From Patescibacteria group bacterium (GTDB lineage: Bacteria > Patescibacteriota > Patescibacteriia > Buchananbacterales > SURF-54), in the NCBI GenBank assembly GCA_018818885.1, contig JAHIRB010000040.1:32985-96984 (forward strand): a stretch of 64,000 nt of DNA, in the 5' to 3' direction. Of the stretch, positions 17,954-26,867 are shown piece by piece. The notes under the pieces were generated by a model. That model did not search any database, was not told the origin of the DNA, and worked only from the letters and a program-made list of their open reading frames with translations. The position numbers and the translations under genes are program-made. How positions within the stretch are numbered: the first letter of the stretch is position 1; each line of letters begins with the position of its first letter.

Positions 17954-18511
17954 ATGAAAAAAGCATTATTAATAATTGATCTGCTCCAAGAATATTTTAA
18001 TAAAGGATTGTTAGCAGATCACAAACAAAAGCTAACCATATCTGTGAATGAACTTGTGGATACTGCGCACCAACAAAACATACCTGTAATCTGGGTACGA
18101 CAAGAATATAAAGCCGATCTTTCCGATGCGCCGTTGTACAATAAAAAACATAATAAACCTATAACCATTAAAGGTACTGATGGTTGCCAACTTTTGCCTG
18201 AGTTACATTACATAAAAGGTAATGATTATGAAATTATCAAAAAAAGGTATAGTGCTTTTTTCAAAACCGATTTAAATAAACTCCTCAAACAACTTCATAT
18301 CAACACTATTATTATAGCGGGAGTAAACACAATGACCTGCGTCCGTACAACTGCCATAGACGCCTATCAACATGATTATGAAGTTATACTCGCACTGGAC
18401 TGCGTGGATTCATATGATGTCGAACAACATAATAATTCAATTAAATATTTACAATATGCTGTTGCTTGCGGAAAACATAACAATGAAATGATTAAATTGA
18501 TGCAATCATAA
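17954..18511 (+). CDS. isochorismatase-family cysteine hydrolase
   Basis: IIIAGVNTMTCVRTTAIDAYQ catalytic Cys region. Confidence 0.75.
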   Translation: MKKALLIIDLLQEYFNKGLLADHKQKLTISVNELVDTAHQQNIPVIWVRQEYKADLSDAPLYNKKHNKPITIKGTDGCQLLPELHYIKGNDYEIIKKRYSAFFKTDLNKLLKQLHINTIIIAGVNTMTCVRTTAIDAYQHDYEVILALDCVDSYDVEQHNNSIKYLQYAVACGKHNNEMIKLMQS

Positions 18512-18528
18512 CAATCCTTAAAAAAAGT

Positions 18529-18577
18529 TTGAAAAATTCCTACACAAAACCTAACAAAAAATTCTGGAAAAAGATGG
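18529..18577 (+). promoter_or_regulatory. conserved upstream motif copy 2 (tgaaaaattcctacacaaaacctaacaaaaaattctggaaaaagatggtt)
   Basis: see copy 1. Confidence 0.5.
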
Positions 18578-18594
18578 TTATTGAATAATTAATT

Positions 18595-19014
18595 ATGAAA
18601 ATCTATAAAACAAAGACAGACAAACTAACTGGCACGGACTTTCATGAAGTCAACCAAAAAGCTTCCGTTCTATATCAAAAAATTAAAAGAAAATCAAAAA
18701 GACGACCTTATGTACGGTCGACCTACTTTAATAAAGACAAAGTATTCCTTGGACTATTTTGGCAACACTTATTTGATAAACCAAATTGGCGAGATAGAGT
18801 CAGGCGATTGAAATATTTCCCGTGCGCCATAGAACTTATAAAAAATACAAAATTTGAACCTATATCTAAAGAAAATCCAAATAAACAAGCGGAGATATTA
18901 CACCGTTTTGCTGGAGCAACTAAAGCCAATGATTTATTTTTTGTTCAAATAAGAGAAAAAAAGAAAAATGGACAAAAATGGCTGATGTCAGTATTTCCTG
19001 CCGATGATAAATAA
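18595..19014 (+). CDS. hypothetical basic protein (139 aa)
   Basis: ORF preceded by shared upstream motif; hairpin-terminator after stop. Confidence 0.45.
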   Translation: MKIYKTKTDKLTGTDFHEVNQKASVLYQKIKRKSKRRPYVRSTYFNKDKVFLGLFWQHLFDKPNWRDRVRRLKYFPCAIELIKNTKFEPISKENPNKQAEILHRFAGATKANDLFFVQIREKKKNGQKWLMSVFPADDK

Positions 19015-19209
19015 CGCCCTAAATAGAAAAAGACCATCCGCTAAGTGTGGTATATAAACCACGGCCGAGAGCCTTTTTCATTAATATCTTAGCATATTAA
19101 AAAAATGCTGTCAAGTGTTTTTCGGTAAACTTAGCTGAAATTAGCTTTCATACAGATCTACATAATACTCAATTAACAAGGATTATCCACAGTTTATGTT
19201 AAATTATTT

Positions 19210-19258
19210 ATGAAAACCTCCTACACAAAACCAAACAAAAAATTCTGGGAAGTGATGG
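19210..19258 (+). promoter_or_regulatory. conserved upstream motif copy 3 (tgaaaacctcctacacaaaaccaaacaaaaaattctgggaagtgatggtt)
   Basis: see copy 1. Confidence 0.5.
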
Positions 19259-19324
19259 TTCAAAATAGTAAATATAATTATTAACACTTGACAATATTAA
19301 CGTAACGCGTTATTATAACACTAT

Positions 19325-19606
19325 ATGATTAAAAGCTTCGCCAGCAAAGAAACACAAAAACTGCATGAAAGACAATATTCTCGTAAATTACCTCAACTAA
19401 TCCAAAAAATAGCGATGAGAAAATTGTGGATGATTGATGCCTCTATATCACTGGGTGATCTTAGAATACCGCCATCTAATCATCTAGAAAAGCTATCTGG
19501 AAAAAGAAAAGGGCAGTATAGCATACGTATTAATGAAAAGTGGCGAATTTGCTTTAAATGGCATAAAAACGATGCTTATGATGTAAAGATAATTGACTAT
19601 CATTAA
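19325..19606 (+). CDS. higB: type II toxin HigB (RelE/ParE superfamily, plasmid-maintenance killer)
   Basis: 93 aa, HigB-like sequence followed 18 bp later by HTH antitoxin. Confidence 0.7.
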   Translation: MIKSFASKETQKLHERQYSRKLPQLIQKIAMRKLWMIDASISLGDLRIPPSNHLEKLSGKRKGQYSIRINEKWRICFKWHKNDAYDVKIIDYH

Positions 19607-19624
19607 TAATTCAACTATAAAACT

Positions 19625-19927
19625 ATGACTAAAAAAATAAATCCAATACACCCTGGGGAGATTCTAAGAGAAGAATTTTTAGAACCGCTTGAAATCACTG
19701 AGTATCGCTTAGCCAAAGATATTTCCGTGGCTCCTATAAGAGTAAACGAAATTACACATGGTACAAGAGCAATTACAGCAGATACAGCTCTTAGACTGGG
19801 TAAATTTTTTGGCACTTCACCGCAGTTTTGGTTAAACTTGCAGTCTCGCTATGAACTGGAAAAACAAGCAGATAAATTAGCTGATACGCTACAATACAAA
19901 GTCAAGACTTTAGCGGGTACAGTTTAA
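19625..19927 (+). CDS. higA: antitoxin HigA (XRE-family HTH)
   Basis: IHPGEILREEFLEPL...RLAK...ITADTALRLGKFFGTSPQFWLNLQ canonical HigA pattern. Confidence 0.8.
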   Translation: MTKKINPIHPGEILREEFLEPLEITEYRLAKDISVAPIRVNEITHGTRAITADTALRLGKFFGTSPQFWLNLQSRYELEKQADKLADTLQYKVKTLAGTV

Positions 19928-20001
19928 TATTGTCTAAAAATGCTCTTTACAACAAATACTTTTAGGAGGTACACAAAAACTAAAAACCGAGGAGGTGAAG
20001 C

Positions 20002-20310
20002 ATGAGTAATCTAGATAGATTCGCTACAATCGATCGATGCTTGGAACAAATGAGAGCTGACGAAGCAAAAAGAGGGTTTATGCGCCTTTTACATACCCAC
20101 AAAAGAGGAGAAAGCTTCACCCTAACCTTGCTTAAATACCTCGACAGCTTTGTGCTGTCCTGGCATCGCCTCTGGATAAGGCGGGACGAGTTTCACAAAT
20201 CGCTGGGGATAAACCCCATGGCATGTTACCGCATGAACAGACATCAACTCCGTTGCTTCGAACATGACTTATCCTGGCGCAGAGATATCGCGCACTGGAG
20301 GACTATCTGA
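20002..20310 (+). CDS. 102-aa Trp/Arg-rich hypothetical protein in GC-richer island
   Basis: GAGGAGGTGA SD 5 nt before ATG; followed by perfect 9-bp hairpin ggggaaaac-gaaaa-gttttcccc (20339-20361). Confidence 0.45.
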   Translation: MSNLDRFATIDRCLEQMRADEAKRGFMRLLHTHKRGESFTLTLLKYLDSFVLSWHRLWIRRDEFHKSLGINPMACYRMNRHQLRCFEHDLSWRRDIAHWRTI

Positions 20311-20401
20311 CGAAAAAGCTTCCAAAGAGGAGGGGAAAGGGGAAAACGAAAAGTTTTCCCCGCTTCCTAAAAGTATTTGTTTAAACTTAAAAAATAATTT
20401 T

Positions 20402-20872
20402 ATGAAAAAAGTAATCTACCCAATTATAGCTATATTTATTTTAGCTATTCTCGCATTTGGTTGGTATATAACACAAGACAAACAACCAACAACTAATCAA
20501 AACATAAACAGCAACCAGGCAATTTCTGACGAAACATCTAAAATTCCTTCTCCTAACTGTAAGGTGGAAGGGACGATCAAGAACATTGAGTTCAAAGAAG
20601 CCTGGAAACACCCCTGTCTAGACCCTGAGACAGGGAACCCTTTTGCCTGTCCAACTGATGTTTTGCTCGGAGATGAAGCCCAATATATTTTGACTGTAGA
20701 TATTTCAGCTTCCCAATGTAATGATTTATTACCACAAAACTCAACACAAAATATTTCCATTGCACAAGTATTAGTATCTGATGATACTAAATTACAAAAT
20801 AACCAAAAAATATCGGGAGAAACAAAAACCCGTGGTAAACACTACTTTATTACATACACACTTGATGAATAA
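20402..20872 (+). CDS. membrane-anchored Cys-containing extracytoplasmic protein (156 aa)
   Basis: start at MKKVIYPIIAIFILAILAFGWY TM anchor; upstream part of track ORF is the GC-rich spacer. Confidence 0.5.
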   Translation: MKKVIYPIIAIFILAILAFGWYITQDKQPTTNQNINSNQAISDETSKIPSPNCKVEGTIKNIEFKEAWKHPCLDPETGNPFACPTDVLLGDEAQYILTVDISASQCNDLLPQNSTQNISIAQVLVSDDTKLQNNQKISGETKTRGKHYFITYTLDE

Positions 20873-21287
20873 AATTGATATATCAAAATTTACCACCTTT
20901 CACAATAGCGCTGGTGGAGTAGTAATCAATCCTAATGGACAAATCGCTGTTGTTCAAATGGATTCCCGTGATTGGAGTTTTCCAAAAGGTCATGTTGACA
21001 AAGGAGAAACAACAATACAAGCAGCTAAAAGAGAGATATATGAAGAAACTGGTATTAAATATTTAAAACTGATTAAAGAATATCCAACATACCAGAGGCC
21101 TGACGGATCAAATCCTAAAGAGCTGAAAACAATCAACTTGTTTTTATTTAGCACAAAAGAAACGGAACTAAAACCACAAGAGTCTGATATTGTACAAGCT
21201 ATTTGGGTAGAGAAAGATAAGGTGATTGAAACGCTTTCACATCAAGGAGACAAAGATTTTTTTAATAGTATTAAAAACGAAATATAA
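20865..21287 (+). CDS. NUDIX hydrolase
   Basis: Nudix box GHVDKGETTIQAAKREIYEETGI. Confidence 0.8.
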   Translation: MNKIDISKFTTFHNSAGGVVINPNGQIAVVQMDSRDWSFPKGHVDKGETTIQAAKREIYEETGIKYLKLIKEYPTYQRPDGSNPKELKTINLFLFSTKETELKPQESDIVQAIWVEKDKVIETLSHQGDKDFFNSIKNEI

Positions 21288-21288
21288 T

Positions 21289-21696
21289 ATGGAACCAAAA
21301 CTTATCATAATCGGTTTCGTACTTGTCATAATTATTGTAGCATCATCTAGTTGGGTATTGATTAAAAGTGTAATGCCGACAACAATTCCTTATTTTTCCT
21401 GCCAACTTGATACTGACTGTCCAACAAGCGAAAAATGCCAGGCAAATAAATGTATAAGTGTTGGCTGTATTGGAATAGGCGGAACAATTCCGGGTGCTAT
21501 TTCTCCTCAATATAGAGAGCACATGTCAGTCCAATGTTGTCCAGGTTTAATACAAATTGACTGGCCATCTAACTATGATACTGATTGTAACCTGCGACAA
21601 TTAGCTGGTGCACCAGCAGGAACTTGTACAAATTGCGGTGACGGAAACTGCACAGGTATGGAAACAAAATGCAACTGTCCATTTGATTGTAGATAA
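21289..21696 (+). CDS. membrane-anchored cysteine-rich secreted protein (135 aa, >15 Cys)
   Basis: N-terminal TM then dense Cys pattern CQLDTDCPTSEKCQANKC...CTNCGDGNCTGMETKCNCPFDC. Confidence 0.5.
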   Translation: MEPKLIIIGFVLVIIIVASSSWVLIKSVMPTTIPYFSCQLDTDCPTSEKCQANKCISVGCIGIGGTIPGAISPQYREHMSVQCCPGLIQIDWPSNYDTDCNLRQLAGAPAGTCTNCGDGNCTGMETKCNCPFDCR

Positions 21697-21710
21697 AAAA
21701 ATAATACAAT

Positions 21711-22079
21711 ATGTCAAAAAATTATACAGGTGTAATAATTGAACAAAGCCTTAAGAAAAAATTAATTCTTCAAAAGCTTAAAATCATAAAGACCAAGATA
21801 GTAAAGGTGACAAAAAAACATCAAACTCCGTGGATAAAACAATGGACTATGCATACTGTAGAAATATTAAATAATGATGCAGAAAAAATAGCAAGAGAAG
21901 TTAGCGAGTCATTAGATTCTGAACATGACTGGTACGCTGATTTCGAAAACAATAAATTTCACTATATTATTTTTTATAAAAAGGTATTTAAAGTTGATAT
22001 ACTAAATAAAAAGCAATACGTTAAAGTTATAAAGTACGGCATTTCTTTGGGAATTCCAGACTATCAGCTTGAATTTTAA
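21711..22079 (+). CDS. hypothetical protein (122 aa)
   Basis: ORF only. Confidence 0.4.
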   Translation: MSKNYTGVIIEQSLKKKLILQKLKIIKTKIVKVTKKHQTPWIKQWTMHTVEILNNDAEKIAREVSESLDSEHDWYADFENNKFHYIIFYKKVFKVDILNKKQYVKVIKYGISLGIPDYQLEF

Positions 22080-22142
22080 AAATTCATGAATTGTAGATAA
22101 AGTCCCTAGAAAAACCCATTATTTTATGCTATAATGTTAATA

Positions 22143-23402
22143 ATGGAAAAAATAAACAAAAATAAAAAAAGCATTTTTCTTTTTGGAATAGTAGTGATTC
22201 TTACTACTATTTTTTTTGTTGGACAAAACTTCTATGCACTTAGCGCAGAGCCAGAATACAATTTTGATGAAGAAATATTCGAAGAATACGATACAGAAAT
22301 TGACGCCCGCAAAGAAAAAATTGACCAAATCAAAGAAGAAATTGAACAATACAATCAACAAATCGCTCAAAAACAATCAGAAGGAGTTACACTAAAAAAC
22401 CAACTCGCAATTTTAGATAACGAAATTACAAAAATTAAACTTGATATCAAAAAAACTCAAATTGAAATAGAAAAACTTAGCTTAGAAATAAAACGCGTAG
22501 AAAGACAAATCGAGCAAGCCCAAAATCAAATTGATGAGCAAAAAGACTATTTAGCGGAATACATACGGATAACCTATCAAAACGACCAAAGAAGCTATCT
22601 AGAAGTTTTATTAATGAACAATGACTTTAGTGAATTTTTTGATCAAATCGAATATTTATTTCAAATTCAAAATGATCTTCAAAATACTTTAAACAATGTT
22701 CAAGAGCTACAATCATTATTAGAAGGAAGTAAAACTGAAATGGAAGGCAAAAAACTAGAAAACGAAAGTTTATTTGAGGAACTAACAAACCAACAAAATG
22801 ATTTAGATGAGCGGGCTGGAGCCAAAGAAAGCATTCTAATTAAAACAAAATCATCAGAAGCAGAATTTAAAAATTTAGTACGAAAATTACAAGCAGAACA
22901 AAACCAAATTAATGCAGAAATTAGCACCTTAGAACGCCAAATTAGAGAAGAACTAGCCAAACGAGAAGCCTTTGAACGTTTTAAAAGTTTTGGCCCAGCA
23001 AAATTTATCTGGCCAACTCCTGGTCAATACATAACTGCATATTTTCACGATCCAGATTATCCTTACCGATATATTTTTGAACACCCTGCCATTGATATCA
23101 GAGCAGGGCAGGGGACATCTATCCGCGCAGCTGAGTCTGGATATGTTGCGCGTGCCAAAGACGCTGGAATGGGTTATAGCTATATTATGATTGTACATAA
23201 CGATGGCTTTTCTACAGTCTACGGTCATGTTTCAAAAATTTATGTTTCAGAAGATGTCTATGTTAACCAAGGAGAAATTATTGGACTTTCGGGTGGTGCA
23301 CCTGGTACACCTGGCGCTGGTAATCTAACGTCGGGACCCCACTTACATTTTGAAGTAAGACTAAATGGTATACCCGTTAATCCACTAGAGTATTTACCAT
23401 AA
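22143..23402 (+). CDS. M23-family peptidoglycan endopeptidase with N-terminal coiled coil (EnvC-like)
   Basis: long coiled-coil then HNDGFSTVYGH...GPHLHFEV M23 motifs. Confidence 0.8.
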   Translation: MEKINKNKKSIFLFGIVVILTTIFFVGQNFYALSAEPEYNFDEEIFEEYDTEIDARKEKIDQIKEEIEQYNQQIAQKQSEGVTLKNQLAILDNEITKIKLDIKKTQIEIEKLSLEIKRVERQIEQAQNQIDEQKDYLAEYIRITYQNDQRSYLEVLLMNNDFSEFFDQIEYLFQIQNDLQNTLNNVQELQSLLEGSKTEMEGKKLENESLFEELTNQQNDLDERAGAKESILIKTKSSEAEFKNLVRKLQAEQNQINAEISTLERQIREELAKREAFERFKSFGPAKFIWPTPGQYITAYFHDPDYPYRYIFEHPAIDIRAGQGTSIRAAESGYVARAKDAGMGYSYIMIVHNDGFSTVYGHVSKIYVSEDVYVNQGEIIGLSGGAPGTPGAGNLTSGPHLHFEVRLNGIPVNPLEYLP

Positions 23403-23491
23403 ACTAAGCGATATAGCAATAGAGTTATAAAGCGATAGTCAAGACAGCTTTTATCACTTCCATCACATACCACTTCATTAAATGAAAATCC

Positions 23492-23920
23492 ATGGACAAC
23501 ACAAAAGATTACATTTTAAGCAGTATTAAAGAATTTATTATTTTAGCCTTATGGATTGTTTTTTTTGTTTTTTTAGCAATCTATATAAAGTATTATAAAA
23601 ATATTGATGATCTTGCTACTTTGATTATAAAATTTATCGCCCCGCTAGCAATTTTTATTTTCGGAGCTGCAAAGGCAACAAGTAGAGGAATGCGAACCAC
23701 TAGAAGACTACGTGAAAAAGGTGAAGGCAAGGGAGAATTTTCAGTCACCCTAACTTATATAGATAAATGGCGTCATGACTTAACTGCATATGTTACCGCT
23801 TTAGTTATTTTAGTCATCCCATATTTTTTTGACACCGAATATTCTTGGGCTTACGTATTAGCAGCTTGTTTTTCCTTCTTGGCTATTTGGTGGCTAAGGA
23901 TGTTTTATTTTAAAGATTAA
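23492..23920 (+). CDS. membrane protein, hypothetical
   Basis: three predicted TM segments. Confidence 0.45.
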   Translation: MDNTKDYILSSIKEFIILALWIVFFVFLAIYIKYYKNIDDLATLIIKFIAPLAIFIFGAAKATSRGMRTTRRLREKGEGKGEFSVTLTYIDKWRHDLTAYVTALVILVIPYFFDTEYSWAYVLAACFSFLAIWWLRMFYFKD

Positions 23921-23949
23921 AATTAATTGTGCATAAAAAAAACGAGGTC

Positions 23950-23990
23950 TAAAAAACCTCTTTTTTGTTTTTTGATATTAAAAATCTTAT
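23950..23990. terminator. intrinsic terminator
   Basis: gaggtc-taaaaa-acctc followed by ttttttgttttttg. Confidence 0.55.
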
Positions 23991-24010
23991 AATTTCACGG
24001 CGTGCCACAA

Positions 24011-25003
24011 TCAAATTTCGAGATCTGGTATATCTGGCATATCTTCTTTGCCCCGTATAATATTAATCTGTTCTAACGATAAGCCAGGAGTATCATTAAC
24101 TGGTTTTCGCATTTTTTTACCTGTTTTAATATCAATCATATCGCTTTCTTTTGTGTTGGGTTGAGATCCAGATCCATCATGTAAAATATCGTCAATAATT
24201 TGTCTGTCTGTTTTCGTATCATTTAAATCTCTATTACCATCAATATTTCTTGCAGTTACCAAAAATTCGATTCGCTTATCAACAAGCCCCAATGCATCTA
24301 CTCCACCTTTATTGGCCTGTACTTTTTTTTCTAATGATGTTTTTAACGATTTCAACTCCTTCATGTTCATATTAGATATTTGAGACCTTGTTGGGTCGTC
24401 ACCGCCCTCTAACTCATTAATTCGGTTCTTGACGTCTCTTGCTGTATCTAGACTATTCGTTGTTTTTAACATACCTTCTAATTCTTTAACGTTATGAATT
24501 TTTGAAATTTCATAAGATGTTAAAGAATCAACCTCATTTTTTGCTACTTGTGACGGTTGCTTTGCACTTATTATTTTTTCTATATCTCGTTTTTGATCTA
24601 AACTTTTTTCAGATTTTTTTAATTCTTCTAATTCTTTAACATTCATCTTGCGTAAATTATCGATACTAACTATTTTTCCACCAGTCTGTTTGACAGCCTG
24701 ACCTTGAGACTGAGCTTGAGTAGTAGAGCCTGACCTCCGAAAAAAAGTCCTTTCCTTTGTTCTTAAACTTCTTTCTCCTAAACCACGCTTAAGATGTCCG
24801 GTTTTCTTTAAAATTTTTTCTGCTTGTCTAACGTCTTTTTGATTCCATTTTCTTTTATCAGGGTTTACACCTTCAGCTTTGAGCGCCCTTCTTGCATCTT
24901 TAGTAAAACCACGTTCAGACGATACGTCCGCTTTACTAATCTTACTAAAAAAATTGCGCACGGATTTTCTTGACTCATAACCATAAATATTTTTCATAAC
25001 CAT
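24011..25003 (-). CDS. charged, disordered protein with internal KELE-type repeats (330 aa)
   Basis: repeated MNVKELEELKK / HNVKELEGMLK / MNMKELKSLK segments; divergent from lexA. Confidence 0.5.
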   Translation of the reverse strand: MVMKNIYGYESRKSVRNFFSKISKADVSSERGFTKDARRALKAEGVNPDKRKWNQKDVRQAEKILKKTGHLKRGLGERSLRTKERTFFRRSGSTTQAQSQGQAVKQTGGKIVSIDNLRKMNVKELEELKKSEKSLDQKRDIEKIISAKQPSQVAKNEVDSLTSYEISKIHNVKELEGMLKTTNSLDTARDVKNRINELEGGDDPTRSQISNMNMKELKSLKTSLEKKVQANKGGVDALGLVDKRIEFLVTARNIDGNRDLNDTKTDRQIIDDILHDGSGSQPNTKESDMIDIKTGKKMRKPVNDTPGLSLEQINIIRGKEDMPDIPDLEI

Positions 25004-25095
25004 ATATTCTTATTATATCATAAAAAGAAGGTTAGATTAACTTATCCACACCAAAAGACTTGACTTTCGGTTTTCTTTCGGTTATACTTATATAT

Positions 25096-25710
25096 ATGGC
25101 TAAACTAAGCAAAAAACAAAAGAATATTTTAGATTATATTTCTCAGTATATAGCAGAGCAGGGGGTTTCACCTTCGTACTTAGAAATTGGTGAAAATTTT
25201 GGTTTGTCTTCACCTGCAACAATACATCAACATATTCAAGCTCTAAAAGAAAAAGGATACATCAAAACTAACTTTAACGAAAAAAGATCTATCGAACTTA
25301 CTAAAAAAGTAATGAAAATGGAAAACGCGATATCTTTACCTCTAGCGGGTTTAATTGCTGCGGGAGAACCAATCGAGGCTGTTCAAGATAACGAAACAAT
25401 AGGAGTACCTGCTAATCTAGTTACTGATATTGCTAATTCTTATGTTCTACAAGTTAAAGGCAGATCTATGATAGAAGAAGGAATTTTGGATGGTGATTAT
25501 GTAGTGATAGAACGAAACCCAAGCCCAAAAAACGGTGACGTAGTAGTAGCACTGCTTGATAACGCATATGCAACACTAAAAAAGTTTTATCGTGAAAAAA
25601 ATAAAATCCGACTGCAACCAGCCAATTCTACAATGAAACCAATCTATGTTAAAGATCCATTGATTCAAGGGATAGTAAAAGCAGTTATCAGACGATATAA
25701 AACAGTGTAA
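25096..25710 (+). CDS. lexA: LexA repressor (S24 peptidase)
   Basis: N-terminal winged HTH, Ala-Gly cleavage region, GRSM serine and downstream Lys. Confidence 0.85.
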   Translation: MAKLSKKQKNILDYISQYIAEQGVSPSYLEIGENFGLSSPATIHQHIQALKEKGYIKTNFNEKRSIELTKKVMKMENAISLPLAGLIAAGEPIEAVQDNETIGVPANLVTDIANSYVLQVKGRSMIEEGILDGDYVVIERNPSPKNGDVVVALLDNAYATLKKFYREKNKIRLQPANSTMKPIYVKDPLIQGIVKAVIRRYKTV

Positions 25711-25987
25711 AACGATCAGAACCATAAAGGTTCTGATACGCGCTGATATATCACCATGCGCGTAAGCGACCCTTCATGGGTCGCGACAAAAAGCAAAAAC
25801 GCCGCTCATACCTCCATACAAGACGACGTTTTGCTGTCCAAGGAATGGACTTTTGAAATTGTTGGAAACCAACAATTTCATCCTGAACGCCAGTGAAGGA
25901 ATTCTTATCAAACCAGTAAGTAAACTCCTCATCTTCACTCAGAATGACATTCTTAGTTTACGCTTACAATAATTATATAATAACTAA

Positions 25988-26034
25988 TGCCAATAGTCTA
26001 TAACTCTTGGTTCCTGAGTTGTAGACTATTGGCA
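25988..26034. promoter_or_regulatory. 13-bp perfect inverted repeat tgccaatagtcta-N21-tagactattggca immediately 5' of SD of 45-aa ORF
   Basis: read directly; ends 11 nt before GGGAG SD. Confidence 0.5.
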
Positions 26035-26045
26035 GGGAGAAAAAT

Positions 26046-26183
26046 ATGCCCAAAAGTGTTAAAAAATTTTTGTGGAAACATTATTTCAACCAGATGTTTC
26101 AGAGAAGCTACAAAAAACTTCTTAAGACCAATCGGCTTTACAAAAATAAAATGGTCATGACCCAAAAGAATGCTTTAATATAA
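26046..26183 (+). CDS. 45-aa very basic small protein (MPKSVKKFLWKHYFNQMFQRSYKKLLKTNRLYKNKMVMTQKNALI)
   Basis: GGGAG SD 8 nt before ATG; hairpin after stop; not in ORF track. Confidence 0.35.
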   Translation: MPKSVKKFLWKHYFNQMFQRSYKKLLKTNRLYKNKMVMTQKNALI

Positions 26184-26195
26184 CAAAAGGCCCTC

Positions 26196-26426
26196 TTACG
26201 ACGTTGGAGGGCCCGATTGATTTCCACCTTGCTCCTTTATGAATTGTACGTTATCCAGAACGACCGTTAAAACTTTGCTCATACTCTCATCGTATTGATC
26301 GTCAGTCTCATCTGGCTTTTGTTCTCTGGAAAGTACTTCCCATCCTATTCCGGTATCACCTAACGCCTGTACAACCTTATGAGTTTTAGGAAATCTCCTG
26401 GCAAATTCTGCCGATTGAATATCCAT
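26196..26426 (-). CDS. 76-aa acidic small protein in GC-richer island
   Basis: GAGGAGGG SD 7 nt before ATG; convergent with basic 45-aa ORF. Confidence 0.4.
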   Translation of the reverse strand: MDIQSAEFARRFPKTHKVVQALGDTGIGWEVLSREQKPDETDDQYDESMSKVLTVVLDNVQFIKEQGGNQSGPPTS

Positions 26427-26505
26427 TACTTAACCCTCCTCGCTATATTCTCTTGACAAAATTTCACGTAATCAAATATTAACAAACTGACTATACAAAG
26501 TCAAT

Positions 26506-26754
26506 ATGTATGAAGTCATCGAAGAACCAATCGAAGTGCTTGTTTCGTTCTGCGACACAAAAATTGTGCCTTTGTATTTCAAATGGCGGAACAAAAGGTA
26601 TAAAATCGATAAATTAAATCTACTTCACCACAAACGCGACGGCGAAGGAAAAATTTATTATTTTAACGTAACAGACAAAGCTAATTACTTTAAACTTTCT
26701 TTTTCAACTAATAACTTAGTTTGGAGAATAGAGGAGTTATATTTTGATGGATGA
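26506..26754 (+). CDS. hypothetical protein (82 aa)
   Basis: ORF only. Confidence 0.35.
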   Translation: MYEVIEEPIEVLVSFCDTKIVPLYFKWRNKRYKIDKLNLLHHKRDGEGKIYYFNVTDKANYFKLSFSTNNLVWRIEELYFDG

Positions 26755-26867
26755 AATTATACAAAATTCAACAGTAATTATAGTTAATTGTAGAGATTAT
26801 AGTTATTGTAGTTAGCATTTTCTAATCACTCTAATAACTCCAATCTCTACAATCGCTAGCCAACACT

